From Octopus vulgaris (taxonomy: Eukaryota): a stretch of 64,000 bases of DNA. The stretch lies in the NCBI GenBank assembly GCA_951406725.2, contig OX597824.1, positions 34,286,001-34,350,000 of the forward strand. The letters are read 5' to 3'. Below are positions 40,266 to 54,406 of the stretch, piece by piece. Each line of letters begins with the position of its first letter. The stretch's first letter is position 1. The notes beneath the pieces were generated by a model that saw nothing but the letters and a program-made list of their open reading frames with translations, ran no database searches and was not told the origin of the DNA. Made by a program: the position numbers and the translations under genes.

Positions 40266-40267
<2 letters not shown>

Positions 40268-40499
40268 CAGCGAGCTGGCAGAAACTTTAGCGTGGCGCCG
40301 GGCAAAATGCTTAGCGGTATTTCATCTGTCGTTACGTTCTGAGTTCAAATTCCGCCGAGATCGACTTTGCCTTTCATCCTTTCGGGGTCGATAAATAAAA
40401 TACAAGTTTCGCACTGGGGTTGATGTAATCAACTTAATCCCTTTGTCTGTCCTTGTTTGTCCTCTCTATGTTTAGCCCCTTGTGGGCAGTAAAGAAATA
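40266..40499 (+). mobile_element. Family A SINE
   Basis: Homologous to 14328-14560. Confidence 0.85.
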
Positions 40500-40500
40500 T

Positions 40501-41234
40501 ATCATCATCATCATCATCATCGTTTAACGTCCGTTCTCCATGCTAGCATGGGTTGGACGGTTCGACCGGGGATCTGGGAAGCCAGAAGGCTGCACCAGGC
40601 TCCAGTCTTATCTGGCAATGTTTCTACAGCTGGATGCCCTTCCTAACGCCAAACACTCTGTGAGTGTAGTGGGTGCTTTTTACGTGCCACCCGCACAGGT
40701 GCCAGGCGAGGCTGGCAACGGCCACGGTCGGATTGGTGCAATTTACGTGCCACCGGCACAGAAGCCAGTCGAGGCGGTGCTGGCATCGGCCACGATTCGG
40801 ATAGTGCTTTTTATGTACCACCAGTCCAGGGGTCCTGGCATCTGCCGGGTGGCAGTCATACGATTGGTTCAATTTCGATTTCACTTGCCCCAACATGTCT
40901 TCGCAAGCAAAAGGGGTTGGCATGGGTGCCTGTCGTCGGATGAGGTTCGATATCGACTTCGCTTACCTCAACAGGTCTTTGTGTCCATGGGAGGAAAGGC
41001 ATGCATAAGTGGGCTGGGCTCACTTGTCCTGCCTGGTCTTCTCACGTACAGCATATTTCCAAAGGTCTCGGTCGCTGGTCATTTCCTCAGTGAGGCCTAA
41101 AGTTCGAAGGTCGTGCTTCACCACCTCATCCCAGGTTTTCCTGGGTCTACCTCTTCCACGGGTTCCCTCAACTGCTAGGGATTGGCACTTTTTCACACAC
41201 CTATCTTCATCCATTCTCGCCACGTGACCATACC

Positions 41235-41238
<4 letters not shown>
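40501..41238 (-). mobile_element. 5'-truncated RTE-clade LINE 3' end
   Basis: WYGHVARMDEDRCVKKC...GTRGRGRPRKTWDEVVKHDL, 3' UTR with short tandem repeats and a (GAT)n tail. Confidence 0.85.
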
Positions 41239-41277
<39 letters not shown>

Positions 41278-41402
41278 TATGTATACATACATACAAATAT
41301 ATATATATGTATGTACATACACACACATACACATATACATAGTATAGCATGTGTGTGTGTATCTGTATCCAAAACATGCCAGCATGGAAAATGGACATTA
41401 AA

Positions 41403-41445
<43 letters not shown>

Positions 41446-42980
41446 TGCATATCCTTAATCTCCTCCTCCTCCTCCCCCGTTCCTTCTTCTAATTTAGTGC
41501 AAGGAATGATACAATCCTGAACTTCAAGTCAAGAACTTAATAAACATTAAAAGCTTTTCATAAAGACAGAATAGAACACACCATTTTTATGGTGCATAGC
41601 ATCAATGTTTGAATTCTCACAGGGCAGACTCTAGTGAACAGCCCAGCAACCAGTCCTGAATGACACTGTAATCTAAGTACCTTCTGTTGACTGGTGCCAG
41701 AGCATCTGATTACCAAGCATCATTCCAATAATTCCATGACTAAAATAAACTCTTTTTTAATTGTAAAATTACAAACTAGATTTCGGTTTAGCAAAAAGTA
41801 GACTGAAACTTGACAAATCACAGTTGTGACTATTTACTCTTAATCAAACAATACTAACGTCACTGGGTAAAATTATAAAAATAAATTCTTCTTAAATTAG
41901 AGATTTTGTAAATAAATAAATAGATAATATGGAGAGAAAAGTAATTCATAATCACAGCTAGTTTCTTATCAGAAGTTCTTAACAGCAGCAACAGTGACAC
42001 TGCATTAAACAGACCAGCTACTGTCAAACCAGTGAGTGCGTCTCTACATGAATGTTTGACCTGCTAGAAATAGCAACTAAAATACCCCTCAAATTAAACC
42101 TTACTAACTTTGTAAACATGAAGGACACATTAGAAAATATAGTCTTAGATAGACTGTTTGAAAACTAGATTGGATGGTTATGGATGAATTGCCTTTGATC
42201 ATAGGGCTGTTCAAAGACTGCTGGCCTGGAGCTAATAATCAAATGCTTCTGTAATACATTAATTAGGATACAAAGCAGCCACTGTGAGATTGCATTTAAA
42301 ATGTACCAAAGTTAATGATATATTATGGTGTCACTGTCTGAGGAAATTATGTTTTCAGTACTTTAGTTAAGACAAGAAATCAAAGAGACCAACTGTGACT
42401 ATGTGTATAAATATATGTATATATATGTATATATGTGTGCATCTGTGAGTGTGTATGGGCATGTACCATTAACTACCAATCATCTTTCAATGTTTGTCTT
42501 CCATGTTGGAATGGGTTGGACAGTTTAATAGGATCCATTAGTTTCAAGGAATGCATCATGCTTCAAAGTCTGCTTTGGTATGGTCTCTTTTGCAACTGGG
42601 TAACCTTTCTAATGCCAACCACTTCACACAGAACACTGGTGCTCTTTTTTGTGGTACCAGCATAGAGAGGATATCATGTAGCTTGCAAGACTAAGAACTT
42701 TTCAGATGAGTTGGGCTACAATATATACATCGTTACTATTATGTTAAACTGTTGCACGTCCAAATTTGGGCAAATGCATTTTTTTTCAATATTTATTTTT
42801 GCTTGCAATAGCCAGTTCTTTTGGTCAAACTATTGTATCTCCAGCTGCTTCAGATGCCAAGATATCAAAAATTGTCAAAGTGTAGTACAACTGTTTTGCT
42901 ATGGAATGGTCAAACTATTTTTTGTTTTCTGATAAAAAAAAGCAATGTTTTGGACTTAAGACACTTTTGCATAATAGCAA

Positions 42981-43037
<57 letters not shown>

Positions 43038-43173
43038 TTTTTTTGGTGTCCTGTACCCATATATGCATGTATATATACATATAGATGTAGGTATGTACAT
43101 ATATGTATGTATATATGCATATGTTTTATTTATTATTTTGTTATTATATGATCGAATGCCGCGCATCCACTTC

Positions 43174-43212
<39 letters not shown>

Positions 43213-43229
43213 AATCCAAAAGGGAAAAC

Positions 43230-44060
43230 AAAAAAACAACAACGATGGAACAATTACAGTATTATTATTAATAGGCGCTCAGGAAATATGGAAGCAGGAA
43301 GGTATGACGTTTCAAGCGGAGCTCTTCGTCGGAAACATAAAGAAGGAAGAGAGAGGAAAGAAAGATCCCAAAGCGGGCAACAGGAGATGGAGAAAAAAAC
43401 GACTGGTGTTTACGAGTTACACATGGTGAAAGGCGGAAGTTTACGATAACAAGAGCAAAGTAGGTTTTTAAAGCCAAAAGAGTGGAGACAAGGTTGGTAA
43501 CGCAACAGATGTGTGTGTATGTGTGAGTGTGTGCGTGTGCGTGTGTGTATGTGTGTGTGTGAGGCGAGATAAAAAAACAAAAAATATATGTATGTGTTAG
43601 TGTGTGCGTCTGTGTGTAGGCGTGTGAGGTAGGGCGAGACAGTAGTAGGCATAGCAGACAGTGGTCAGTAGTAAGAAAATGAAGGAAAGAGGAAGGGAGG
43701 GAGGGGAAGGGGTGGGGGCGTATGTAGCGTGCCAGCGTGTGTTGAGTAGTAGTGTGTGTGTGTGTCCAGTGTCGTGGTAGTATTAATGGCGAGTAGATTG
43801 AATGTGTGTAAGAGTAATGTATATATTTAAGCAATGTGTGTGTGTGAGTGGGTGTGTATATGTGTGCGCGTGTGTGTAACAAAAAAAGGGGGGGGGGTTA
43901 AGGAAAAAGGACTCCAGCTGAGGGGAAGATGGAAGAGTGGTCCCGCGGAGACGGGCGTGGGAAAACCCAACGACAAGCGACGGTCCCAGGAACGAGCGGG
44001 AGGTCTCGTCGGGTCCAAGAGCGAGGTGCATGCAGCGCGTATGCGTGCGCGAACCGGCGC
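43230..44060 (-). mobile_element. PLE-like 3'/pLTR relic with degenerate minimal hammerhead (43303-43338)
   Basis: Minus strand gtttCCGACGA-AGAGC-tcc-GCTT-GAAACGTC. Downstream sequence resembles 60486-60580 and 54490-54570. Confidence 0.45.
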
Positions 44061-44089
44061 AAGCGGGTGTGTGCGCGCGCCTGCGAGTA

Positions 44090-45590
44090 TGCGCGTAAGT
44101 ATGTATGTGTGTGGATGTGTGAGTGTGTCTGTGTGTATGTCTGGGTGTCAGTGTGTCCGATGAATGTATGTGAGTATGTGTGTATATATGTGTGTGCATA
44201 GATGTATGTCCGTGTGTGTGTGTGTGTGTATGTGTATGAGGTGTGTGTGTATGTATGTACGTGTGGGTGTGTGGAAGTGTGTGTATGTGCATGTGTGTGC
44301 GCGTACATACAGGTGTGTGAGTGAGTGTGTGCGTGTGTATGTATGTGTGAGTGTGTATGTATGTGTGTGTAGGATGCATGTATGTGTATGGGTGTATGTA
44401 TGTGTGTGTGTATGTATGTATGTGTACGTGCGTGTGTGTGTGTGTATGCGTGTAGGTGTGCGCGTGTGCATGCATGTGCGTATGTGTGTGCATGTGTGTG
44501 GGTATATATGTATGTGCGTATATGTGTGTGTATGTGCGTACATGTGTGTGTGTGTATGCATGTGTGTGTGTATGTAGGTGTGTAGGCGTGTGTGTATAGG
44601 TGTATGTATGTAAGTATGTATGGGTGTGTCCGTGTATGTGTGTGTATGTATGTGTGTGTATGTAGGTGTGTGGGCGTGTGTATATAGGTGTATGTATGTA
44701 TGTCTGGGTGTGTCCGTGCATGTTTGTGTGTGTGTGTGTATGCATGTGTATGTAGGTGTGTGTGTACGTGTGTAATGTATGTGTGTATGCGTGTGTGTGC
44801 GTGTGTATGCGTGCGTGTGTGTATGTAGGTGCGTATGTATGTGTGTGGGAGTGTAGGTGTGTGTGTGCGTGTGCGTGTTTATGTTGGTGTGTGCGTATGT
44901 GAGTGTGAGTGTATGGGTGTTTGTCATGCATGTGTGTGCGCGTGCAGGTGAGTGTGTGTGTAAGTATGTGTGTGTGTATGTTTGTGTGAGTGTGTATGTG
45001 TGTATGTCTGTGTGTATGTATGTGCGTATAGGAGTATGTAGGTATGTGTGTGTGTATGTGTATGGGTGTATGTATGTATGTGTGTGTGTGTGCATGTGTA
45101 TAAGTATATGTGTGTGTGCGTATGTGTGTGTATGTGTATGTGTGTGTGTTTATGTATGTGTGTATGTATGTGTGTAGGCGTGTGTGTGTAGATGTATGTA
45201 TGTATGGGTGTGTGTCTGTGTGTGTTTGTGTGTGTGTGTAGGTAGGTGTGTGTGTCTGAGTGAGGGTATGGCTGTGTAGGTGTGTGTGTGTATGAATGTA
45301 AGTGTGTGTGTGTACAAGTGTAATGTATGTATGTAGGTGTGTGTGTGTGTGTGTGTATGTGTACGTGTGCGTGTGTATGTGTGTGTGTGTATGCGTGTGA
45401 GTGTGAGTGTATGGGTGTATGTCTGTGTGTGTGTATGTCTGAAGTAGGTATGTGTGTGTATGTATGTATGTGTGTGTATGTATGTATGTGTGTGTGTGTG
45501 TGCGGGTATGTGTGTGTGTGTGTGTATGTGTGTGTGTGAGTAGGTGTGTGTGTATGTATGTGGGTAGGGATGCATGCGAGTGTGTAGGTA
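44090..45590. repeat. ~1.5 kb degenerate (TG/TA/CG)n alternating purine-pyrimidine tract
   Basis: Direct inspection; source of the His/Thr and Cys/Val pseudo-ORFs. Confidence 0.95.
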
Positions 45591-45656
45591 TACAGAGAGA
45601 GAGAGAGTGACTGATAGACAGACAGACAGATGGACACATAGATTGATAGATAGATA

Positions 45657-46350
45657 TACAAGGTGGTATCAAAAAGTTCCCGGACTAGTTCTGTAGCACA
45701 CCAACAGATGGCAGCACATGGTTGCGTGTGCAGTGAGAGCTAGCAGTGACCTTCATGAAGCAGTGTGCAGAGTGATATCATTGTGTTTACTTCACAAGTT
45801 GTGAAATTTGTTTTTTTTTGTGATCATGTGTATGCTGTAGTCTGTAACTTTTGTCATGGACAGGAAGTTGGAATAAAGAGCCAATGTGAAATTTTGTGTT
45901 AAACTTGGGAAGTCTACTACAGAGATCTGAGAATGCTTCAGCAAGCTTACCGCGGTGAGGCAATGGGTCATATGCCATGTTTTGAGTGGTTGGTATGGGC
46001 ACGTCAAAAGCAGAAGAACATCCCTGGAAGATGATGAGCAATTTAGAAGACTTGCCATGAGTGTTACCCCCAGAAATGTGGAGAAAATTCATCAACTTGT
46101 GGAGGAGGATCGTCAGAGGACAATCAACGATGTTTTTAAGTATTTGAAGGATAACATTCAGCAAAAGTGACTAGATTTGTGGAGCACAAAGAATTGGATT
46201 CTTCACAACAATGCACTCTTCACGCGTGAGTTTCTTACCAAAAACAACATGGTGTTACTGCCATACCCAGCCTATTCACTAAATTTAGCATCAGTTGACT
46301 TAGATCTCTTCCCCAAGATGAAGTTTTAGCTCAAAGGTGACTGTTTTAAC
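45657..46350 (+). mobile_element. Degenerate mariner element (TIR plus transposase pseudogene)
   Basis: TA-caaggtggtatcaaaaagttcc terminus; MDRKLE*RANVKFCVKLGKS HTH; SLEDDE and PYS.NLA..D motifs. Confidence 0.75.
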
Positions 46351-46799
46351 ACTGTATGCATTGCAAAACAAAAAGTTCTCATGTGGTGCACTGTATGCCC
46401 ACAATGTCATGAGAATTATATGGATCAGAATGAATGCATTGGGTTTAGGATACATAAGCAACAAATTGAAGATACATCTTTTAGAAATATTCCACTGAGA
46501 TACTTGTGTAAATGGTAAAAATGCAAAATATTTCCTTTTTGTGAAATAAAGGAAGAAAATGATTAACAATGGAAGGTAAAAGAAAAATACTTTATAAGAA
46601 TTCAAAATCCAAAACCAAGCTGTAAATTGTCAACACTGCTACTAATAACAACTTCCTCAATACTAATTACCTCATCACATGTTTGTTTAAAAAGTTGTAA
46701 ACAGTAAAAGTACATACATATTGTGTGTGCTTTTTATGATTAATAATTTTTAATTGAAGAAAATCTGTCTGCACAGGAGCCATAAAACTGTAGATACTC

Positions 46800-47745
46800 A
46801 GGAAATTGATTTTCTCAAATGCCCCAGAGACTTTTTAGAGGTAGTGGATAATTTCTGCTACCTAGGGGTTCAAATTAGTAGTGGAGGAGGATGTACAGAG
46901 AGTGTAATAGCTAGAATAGGGTGAAGAAAATTCAGAGAGCTTTTACCTCAGTTGACAACCAAAGGTTTCTCTCTCCAAGTGAAAAGAAGATTATATGATG
47001 AATGCATACAAACTGTAATTCTACATGATAGTGAGATGTGGGCCTTGAATGCAGAGGACATGCAAAGACTAGAGAGAAATGAGGTTAGTATGCTCTGCTA
47101 AGTGTGTAATGTAAGTGTACATGTGCAACAGAGTGTTAGTATATTGAGAGAGAGGTTAAGCATAAGAGGAATTAGATGCAGTGTACCAGAGAGGAGACTA
47201 TGTTGGGTAAGTCATGTGATGTAGATGGATGTTGATAGCTCCATAGAAAAGTGCTGTTCACTCAAAGTAAATAGAACTCATGGAAGTGGGAGACCCAGGA
47301 AGACATGGGATGAAGTACTGAAGGATGACGTTAAGACACTGAATCTTTTGGCTAAGATGACAAAGGACCAAGATACCTGGTGTCTTGCTGTACTCAAGAA
47401 GACTTGTCCTCCACAGCAGAAGTGTTAAAGCCACATCCCTTGGTGAAGAGGACTGACCTGCAAAAATCTGGTGCTGGTGCCACATAAAAAGTACTCATGT
47501 TGGTGCCACATAAAAAGTACTCATTTTGGTGCCACATAAAAAGTACTCATGTTGGTGCCACATAAAAGTGCTTGTGTCAGTGGCATGCAAAAGCACTCTT
47601 GGCGTGGTTGGCATTAGGAAGGGCATCCAGCTGTAGAAACCAAGCCAAATCAGACTGGAATCTGGTGCAGCTCTCAGCTCTGGTCAAACCATCCAACTCA
47701 TTCCAACATGGAAAATGGAGGTTAAAGGATGATAATAATGATAAT
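46800..47745 (+). mobile_element. Degenerate RTE LINE 3' portion
   Basis: GSGRPRKTWDEVLKDD motif, ~28 bp tandem repeats at 47470-47570, (GAT)-like tail. Confidence 0.75.
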
Positions 47746-49171
47746 GATATATTGGTAACAGTGGCTGTTTCTTATGTTAGAGTTTCAATTTTTCTCAGCT
47801 GAAGGAAATATCAGTAGAAAGAAATGCCAAATGCTGTGGATTTATTTAGAGTGGATCTCAACTTGCAAGGATGTGACCCCCCCCCCCACATACACACACA
47901 CACAATAGTTTTAGAACCATCGTCTGCAGATGTAAACTGAAATAGGCAATATCAAATGATGAAATTGCAACAGATTTCCTCTGAATTGGTTGCAGTCTAA
48001 AGTGGTATCACCTAGAACTTTTTCATTGCCATCCTCTGCCAGTTCAACCATTGTTTTCATCAACGTCCACTTGCTAGGCCACTGGAGTCTTGAAGTGGAG
48101 GCAGGTCACATTCAGTCTCACTTCTCTTCTTTGACCTTGGCCTCCATGAGTGGTCCTAATAAAAGTACAACACTCCGGATACATGTGTGTGTCTATGGTT
48201 GTGTGCTTAAGAAGTTCACTTCACAACTATGTTGTTTCAGATTCAATCCCACTTAGTAGCACCTTGGCCCAAGTTTTCTTTCTATAGCTCTTGGTAACCT
48301 AAGTCGTGTGAGTGAATTTGGTAAACATTGTATGTGTATATGTGTGTTTGTATTTCTATGTTTTTCTGTTTGTAAACAAAATGTACCATCATACAAGCAG
48401 TCATTCGTTTGCAGGCTTCCATGAAAACATATCCAGTTAATGTGCTGGTCCTGTTTGAGGGACAAGGGGAAATATCACCTTACTTGAAAATAGGTAAGGG
48501 TTGGAACAAAAAACCTAACACAAGGAATTTCTTTAACCCATGCCATCATACTTTGATGGCTTGCAAAAAAGCTACATTTTATTGATGAGCTTTCATAAAG
48601 AGAACAAACATTAAACATGCCAACAATGTCTGTTAATTCAAAGATTAATTGAAGTATTGTTATTTGCTATCAGACTGATGTTTCTAAATCTAGATAGAGA
48701 ACATGATCTCTTTATCTAGACATTATCTAACATGAAGAGATGTGATGTTGTAACACATAGCTCGAAACTAGGTTAACTTTATAGACTAAAGACGTATCAT
48801 TTCATAAACAAAATACTTCAACTCATATCTTGAGATTGACAAAAAAAAAATAAAACTTATGAAGGTTGTTAATATTTTGGGTTCCATATGACCCTAAATT
48901 CACATACAAAAAAAGGATTCCAGGACAAATCTGAAGAATATCTTAGAGAAAATAACTTAATATTGACCTCTTCTATGACCAACCAAACAGCAAGCAACAT
49001 ATTATTTGAATAGTATTGTAGATAAGACTCTAAGAGATAACAGCCAACTTTGGAGGAGTCAAAGAAAGCAGGTAGCAGGGACACCCAGAAACTAGACAGA
49101 AAGTAAGATATTAATCTTATTTACTTCAAAGAAATGCAGAAAGTAGAAAGTTTGCCAATACTCAATATCAT

Positions 49172-49390
49172 AAGGTGGCAAGCTGACAAAAATATTAACA
49201 TGTCGGGCAAAATGCTTAGTGGAATTTCGTCCATTTTTACATTCTAATTTCAAATTTTGCTGAAGTCAAATTTGACCTTCATCCTTTCAGTGTTGATAAA
49301 ATAAGTACCAGTCAAGCACTGAGGTCAATTTAATCAACTTACCACCTCTCCCAAACTTGTTGACCTTGTACCAAAATTTAAAATCAGTAT
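49172..49390 (+). mobile_element. Family A SINE with target site duplication
   Basis: Flanked by direct repeats tcaatatcat (49162-71, 49391-400). The empty site is visible in the paralogous segment near 36055. Confidence 0.8.
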
Positions 49391-50689
49391 TCAATATCAT
49401 GAAGATGAGATATGTTTAGGGTTGATAAAATTGTTTTACAGTAAAGTATTGAGATCAATTAAAATTAATATATCTCCCAAAATTAGTTGTCTTGCTTCCA
49501 AAGCAAAAATCAAGGCATCAGATAAAATACAGTATTATATTTAGTTACAAACATTTTTGTTCTGAGTTCAAATTCCAACTAAGTTGGCTTTACTTTTCAC
49601 CCTCCTGGAGTTGATTAAAATAAAACAGCAAACAAGAATTGCAACTGATTTCAGTGACAACACTTTTTTCTCAAAATCTGTAGTTTTGTGTCAGTGTTAA
49701 AAATCATTATTATGAAGATTGTCAAGTCACTCTAAAATGGGTATTTAGAATATGTTGAATATGTCTCAAAATATCTATTAATCTCTTCCAGAAATTTTTT
49801 GTAGCTGCAGTTAGGGCTTGTAGGGTAAATACAATCTGCTGCTAGAATATAATGATTTCAAATTTTGGCACAAGGTTAGCAATTTTGGGGGTCGGGGTAA
49901 GTGGATTACATCGACCCTAGTGCCTCAACTGGTATTTATTTTATCAACTCTGAAAAGATGAAAGGTGAAGATGACCTCATTAGAACTTAAACTCAGAACA
50001 TAAAGGCAAATGAAATACTTAGCAGTATTTTGCCTGGTGTGCTAATGATTCTACCAAAAATGAAGACATTACATCAGCTAGAGTGCTTGTAGATCAACCA
50101 AGGTGTGTATAGTTTGTAGTCAAGATATTGAAGAGAGATCACTGGGATTTGCAAAATTAGTACTAGTCAAGCACTGAGACTAATGACCAGGACAATATTA
50201 CTCTTCCAGCATTCATATCCTTGTATCAAAGTAGCAAGAAATCAGAGAAGTGGACAAAATGTTATGATATGTATCTACCTTACATTGTACATTCAAATCC
50301 CAGTCCAGACACAAACCAGATCTGTTTCTCTGGTTACACCCTACCTTCACCGCATTAAAAACAATATCTACCTCTAAACACATTGCATTGAGTCATAAAT
50401 AGTGCAATATCACATCCTGGACACACATTCTTTCCACTGTCCAGTCTCTTTCTGTATGTTTGCAGTTTCTGGTAGTCACAATTAGAGAATGAGTTCTACA
50501 AAGTATGATAGAATCAGAGCATGGCAATTGACATTCCACTGCCATTATTGTTGGTAGTGTTCATGTCATTATGGGGTTTGTGGCCAGTGAGGTTATTGAC
50601 ATTGCAGTTACGTCAGTGTTGATGTATTGTTATGTTTACCTGAGCTCAGTAGTAGTGATCTTGCTTTCAGAAGTTGTAGCTGTATAGTA

Positions 50690-50990
50690 AGAAGTTAGCT
50701 TCCCAACCACATGGTACCAGGTTCATTCCCACTGTGTGGTATCCTGAGCAATTGCCTTGTACTAAAAGCCTCAGGCTGACCAAAGTCTTGAGAGTGGATT
50801 TGGTAGACAGAAACTGAAAGACACTCACTGTTTGTGTGTGTGTGTGTGTGTGTGCATTTTTGTCTGTGTTTGTACCCCACCACTGTTTGACAACCGGTGT
50901 TGGTGTGTTGACATCACCATAACTTAGCAGTTCTGCAAAAGAGTTCAATAGAATAAGTACCAGCAAAAGAGTTCAATAAAATAAGTACCA
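50690..50990 (+). mobile_element. tRNA-derived SINE, family B (diverged)
   Basis: Homology to 3739-4139. Confidence 0.7.
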
Positions 50991-51224
50991 AGGCCAGCAA
51001 GTTCGGGGGAGGGGTAAAATTGAATACCTCAACTTTGGTGCTCAACTGGTACTTATTTTGTCAACCCCAAAAGGATGAAAGGTAAAGTTGAACCCAGCAG
51101 CATTTAAACCCAGAATGTAAAGATGGAAGAAATACTGCTAAGCATTTTGCCTGGTGTACTAACAATTCTGCCAGCTCACCTTCCTGGGAAGAGACATAAT
51201 TAATAAGATGGTTTCAGTGACCTA

Positions 51225-51430
51225 CATTAGGGGAGAAGCACATTTGCTGCCAAGGTTAACTAATATGAAATTAATGGGGATCTCAGACAATTCAAGGTGA
51301 CCTTTGGTTAGGCAGTGGTCAGAGGATGTGACCAGCATGGGGGCAGTTGTAAGTTTGGAGTTGAAAATGAGATTAAGGATGGTAAATATTTGGTTCTGGA
51401 AATTGAAGTCACCAAGAACATTCCACACGC
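51225..51430 (-). mobile_element. LINE AP-endonuclease relic
   Basis: VLGDFN and SSDH motifs in a short ORF. Confidence 0.4.
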
Positions 51431-53499
51431 ACAAACACAATTAGCGTTTTAATGACTATCATCAAATAATCAAATAATGAATATTAACCCAAACAAGCTC
51501 CTAAATAATATCTTTTAATTATAAAATTAACTATCAAAACTGCTTAGCTCATAACTTATCTGATTTCCAAATGACATTTATATTTCTTTTAAATCTAACA
51601 TTAAGAAAATGATTATTTTTGATCTTCTTCAGTTTCTTTATTACCTCTCTAATGTTAATTTCTTTAATACTTTCAAAGGTTGAGTGGAATAAATACCATA
51701 TTTCCAGTCTTGTCTATCAATGAATGGCTGTCTCTCTTAGCTCTTATTCTTAGAAGATTCGAGGCTATAAACTAACATAAGACTAAACAGTATCAACAGC
51801 ATTTTTTCTAAAAGTTCAAGCTCAAATTTTACTAATTCCTTTCCCTTCTATTCAGATGGCATCCTCTTGCGCCCTCTGTCATCAGCAGTCCCTCCGGCTA
51901 CACATGAGTTTGACGAAATGTTTGTAATTCATCAGAAGGAACTGATTGGATGCAGACTTTGGAACGGCTGACTGGACAATGAGCCTGTTTTGGTGACAGT
52001 ACATTTTAGCATTAGGGGCAGACACATACAGATACTCGTACGTGTGTGATGAAATATACACATACAGTGTGTGTGTATGTGTGGGGGGGGGTGCAAGCGT
52101 GTGTGAGAGAGAGACAGACAGACAGAGATAGGAAAGGAGGGAGAGAACGGGAGAAACATTAAAAAAACGCCTGATGTTAGTTTAATCATCTTTGAATCAG
52201 CAACGTCAAGCAGACGGCAGTAAAAGGGCTGTCAAAATGTCCAACACCTGTAATTCCCTGGCCCTTTAATTATCCCCTTCTATTCAAACAATCTATTGTA
52301 TTTTTCTACACACTGACTTATCTCAGAATTAACACACGAACAATTTTCAAATACTTTTGTAAAGCAAATAACAGTTTTAGCGATTTTTTCATCTCTACTT
52401 CAGCATTTCTCTTCTACTTGTTGAGAAAATTTTTTTTAAAGTCATTGACTAATAAAGTTGTTGAGGGTTTTTTTTTACTCACCATGTTCTACTTTCTAGC
52501 TGGCGTTTTGATGTTTTATTCATTGAATATATTAATGCTATCGCACCTACATTTTGTAAAATGGTTTACTAAGAAATTTGACACTGTGATATGCAAGCGA
52601 AACAAAACATTTTCAAGGCCTTGAAAACATTGCCCATGGACGGCAGTTGATATTGATACCACCACACAAGAAAGATTATCATAAGGACAAAAATACCTTT
52701 AAAGTATCACGTCAACCACCATCACTACCTGCAGCAGCAGTAGCAGCACCAACACTAGCAGCATTCCGATTCATTGTCAAACATCACAATTTCACTTTGT
52801 AATTTCTCTCCTCTCAAATTAATTCCAATAACGTAGCTAGTGGTAAATGAGGAGGGGGTTCCACCCAGGTGTCGTTTTTATGGGAGAAAGGTACTTCTGA
52901 GTCTGCTGAATAAGCCTGTAAAGGCTTGCGAGCCTGGAGAATGGAGATGCCAAAATGAAGGGCTGTCCTGGACGGCAATATGGTCTTGCTACGCCACTAA
53001 TTAACCTATCTAGTTTTGTCTTTCTCTTTATTAATCTACAAGTTATCTTTAACTTAGTTTTACTCTTTCATCCAAGCCCAACCCTTCGACTTTTCAGTAG
53101 AGAAGTTCGTCTGATTGGACTTTTATCCTGACCATTGCTATATTCAAAAGCTCAAAACTTAGCCTCTATTTCGGTGCTTCTTAATTTTTTACTTTTACAT
53201 TTGCCAGAAGCGCACTGGACATAGAGAATTTTGTTTTTTAATTTATAAACTTTAAAAATTTACAATAAAACTATAGAACATTATTGCTTACATCGTTTTA
53301 TTCATCATACTTATAACAAAACAAAATTTTGAACAGCATGTTTTTCAACTCGTTTAAGTATTTGCCTGAATGCGTTAATATTCTAAAGTCTTAAATCATA
53401 TTCTGAAATATATATTCTTTGTGATGCATCGCTTAAGAATGAATCACTGTTCTTTCTGAACTGACCGAAGTCTAATAAATAATAATAACAATCGCTTCT

Positions 53500-53885
53500 G
53501 CTGAAGGCACAAGGTCTGACATTTGGGGGAGGGGAGTAGTCGATTACATCGACTCAAGTGTTTCACCGGTACTTAATTTATCGACCCCGAAAGGATGAAA
53601 GGCAAAGTCGACCTCGGCGGAATTTGAACTCAGAACGTAACGGCAGACGAAATACCTATTTCTTTATTACCCACAAGGGGCTAAACACAGAGGGAACAAA
53701 CACGGACAGACATAGGTATTAAGTCAATTACATCGACCCCAGTTCGTAACTGGTACTTAATTTATCGACCCCGAAAGGATGAAAGGCAAAGTCGACCTCG
53801 GCGGAATTTGAACTCACAACGTAACGCAGACGAAATACCGCTAAGTGTTTCGCTCGGTGTGCTAATGATTTTGCTAGCTCACCGC
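53500..53885 (-). mobile_element. Family A SINE dimer (young)
   Basis: Two near-identical tandem units with CpGs retained. Confidence 0.85.
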
Positions 53886-54406
53886 ATTAATAATAATAAT
53901 GATGATGATTTTCTGATGCTGCAAACAGTTGCGTTGTAAAACCTAACATTTCTTAAACAGAAAATAAAAAATTGAGATCGCAACAGACATAGAGTAAGGG
54001 AGAGAACTCTGGAATCTCTATCTCAAACTATTGAAGTCGATTCGACTTTTTCTAATATCAGTTAATTCTGTAATACCAATTAATTACTACTATTAATTAG
54101 AATGTTCGAGATATATGAAAGTAAAAAAAAAATGGACATTGATTTTCTTATGTAGGATATAGGCAGGGAGTTTATTAGCTAGCATTTTTAAAAGATAAAA
54201 AACTATATATATATATATAATAATAAATATTAGGGAATAAATCCAAATTTACAGGGAAAATCAGATTTAGGATTGAATCCAATTTTATAGTAAAATAATA
54301 TATAATATTAATTAGAGACAAAACCACTATTTTGCAAATCAAACAAAGAAAGACTTAATCCAATACATAAAAAAATTTTAATATAAATTAAATAAAATTA
54401 TATTCG

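Noticed and set aside
40540-41100. 186 aa plus-strand ORF
   Set aside because: Antisense to the RTE LINE 3' end.
43783-45672. 629 aa His/Thr-rich ORF and overlapping Cys/Val ORFs
   Set aside because: Translation of a degenerate (CA/TG)n tract; open in several frames on both strands.
47470-47570. Regularly spaced ~28 bp repeats resembling a CRISPR array (also 27770-27930)
   Set aside because: No unique spacers; tandem units of an RTE 3' UTR in a eukaryotic genome.
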